Below are positions 62,927 through 64,000 of a stretch of DNA of 64,000 nucleotides, one piece after another. The first letter of the stretch is position 1, and each line of letters starts with the position of its first letter. The translations under genes were made by a program, and so were the position numbers. The DNA comes from an uncultured Gemmataceae bacterium (GTDB taxonomy: Bacteria; Planctomycetota; Planctomycetia; Gemmatales; Gemmataceae). The stretch is taken from the NCBI GenBank assembly GCA_963750165.1, contig CAVVPN010000003.1, positions 32,001 to 96,000 of the forward strand. The letters are read 5' to 3'. Below the pieces are notes generated by a model. That model worked only from the letters and a program-made list of their open reading frames with translations, was not told the origin of the DNA and did no database searches.

Positions 62927-63769
62927 ATGGCCTCTCCCACGTCCCAGCACATCGTCAACGGCGCCACCAGCGCCTCGCCGCCGCGGCCGGTGACGGTCCC
63001 GGACTTCCTCGCCGCCAAGGTCCGCGGCGTCAAGCTGACGCTGCTGACCGCGTATGATTGCACGCTGGCCCGGCTGCTGGACGCGGCCGGTGTCGATGGC
63101 CTGCTGGTCGGCGACTCGCTGGGCATGGTGGTGCAGGGCAATGACACGTCGCTGACAGTGACGCTGGACGAAATGATCTACCACACAAAAATGGTGGCGC
63201 GCGGCGCCCGGCGGCCGTTGCTGGTGGCAGACCTGCCGTTCATGACGTACCAGCTGGGGCCGCAGCAGGCGCTGGTGAGCGCCGGCCGGCTGGTGAAGGA
63301 GGGCGGCGCCCACGCGGTCAAGCTGGAGGGAGGTGTGCGCAGCGCCGAGGCGATTGCGGCGGTGGTCGGCGCCGACATTCCGGTGATGGGCCATGTCGGC
63401 ATGACACCGCAGTCGGTGCGCCGCTTCGGCGGCTTCCGCGTGCAGCGCGACGAGGACCGCATCGTTGAGGACGCGCTGGCGGTGGAGCGGGCCGGGGCGT
63501 TCGCGGTGGTGGTGGAGTGCGTGCCGGCCGAACTGGGCAAGAAGCTCACGGCGACGCTGAAGATTCCGACCATCGGCATCGGCGCCGGGCCGGACTGCGA
63601 CGGCCAGATTCTGGTGACGCCGGACCTGCTGGGCATGTTCGACGAACTGCGGCCGCGCTTCGTCAAGCGCTTCGCGGAGCTGGGCGAGGAGATTCGGCGG
63701 GCGACCGCGGAGTATTGCCGCGAGGTGCGCGCGGGCGAGTTCCCGGGGGCGGAACATGCGTTTCGCTAG
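62927..63769 (+). CDS. panB: 3-methyl-2-oxobutanoate hydroxymethyltransferase
   Basis: LTAYD, LVGDSLGMV, ADLPF, VKLEGG, GHVGMTPQ and IGIGAG..DGQILV motifs. Confidence 0.97.
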   Translation: MASPTSQHIVNGATSASPPRPVTVPDFLAAKVRGVKLTLLTAYDCTLARLLDAAGVDGLLVGDSLGMVVQGNDTSLTVTLDEMIYHTKMVARGARRPLLVADLPFMTYQLGPQQALVSAGRLVKEGGAHAVKLEGGVRSAEAIAAVVGADIPVMGHVGMTPQSVRRFGGFRVQRDEDRIVEDALAVERAGAFAVVVECVPAELGKKLTATLKIPTIGIGAGPDCDGQILVTPDLLGMFDELRPRFVKRFAELGEEIRRATAEYCREVRAGEFPGAEHAFR

Positions 63770-63804
63770 AGCGGTTCGGCCAGACGCTGACGCACGATGA
63801 ACCG

Positions 63805-63999
63805 TCACGCGCGTGGCTGGTCTGCTGCACCCGGTTCGGCGCGACTATCAACACCGTCCCTTTTTCCGTCCGCCTCTTCACGAAGGCGAGCTTGCCGCTC
63901 CGCCTTTTTCTTTTTGCAGAATTCCTCGATGGGGAGGATGACGAGGACAACGACCCCGACCGCCAAAATACCGGCTGGCGATAGGAGGAAGTTCTTTAC
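63805..63999 (-). CDS. C-terminal part of a small membrane protein (starts beyond the window)
   Basis: Open frame VKNFLLSPAGILAVGVVVLVILPIEEFCKKKKAERQ..AEPGAADQPRA-stop; not in the supplied ORF track. Confidence 0.55.
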   Translation of the reverse strand, partial: VKNFLLSPAGILAVGVVVLVILPIEEFCKKKKAERQARLREEADGKRDGVDSRAEPGAADQPRA

Positions 64000-64000
64000 G

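Overview
GC-rich bacterial chromosome segment. Its gene content (two DUF1559 proteins, a DUF1592/DUF1552 pair, DUF1501, a PVC-type CxxCH protein, a BBP7-like barrel, LExLExR-signal proteins, large Ser/Thr kinases) points to Planctomycetota, probably Gemmataceae-like (inference). It carries housekeeping genes (uppP, tig, two clpP, a trpG/pabA-type amidotransferase, mnmG, panB), tRNA-Gln(CTG), tRNA-Gly(GCC), signalling genes (PilZ pair, HTH-REC regulator plus histidine kinase, two kinases) and decayed integrase/IS fragments around tRNA-Gln. About 11 indels interrupt otherwise intact genes and are most likely assembly errors. The main unexplained structure is non-coding: about 20 intergenic palindromes from at least 7 families, sometimes nested in each other. 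One modular element occurs twice (16.0 and 45.3 kb) with a shared outer stem and ~90-bp tail but different inner palindromes. Other leads: a structured ~230-nt leader behind a consensus sigma70 promoter, a surface protein with variable aromatic loops in tandem PKD-like repeats, and a truncated attC-like site at the right edge. No CRISPR array or rRNA was seen. Family calls come from motif recognition, not database searches.
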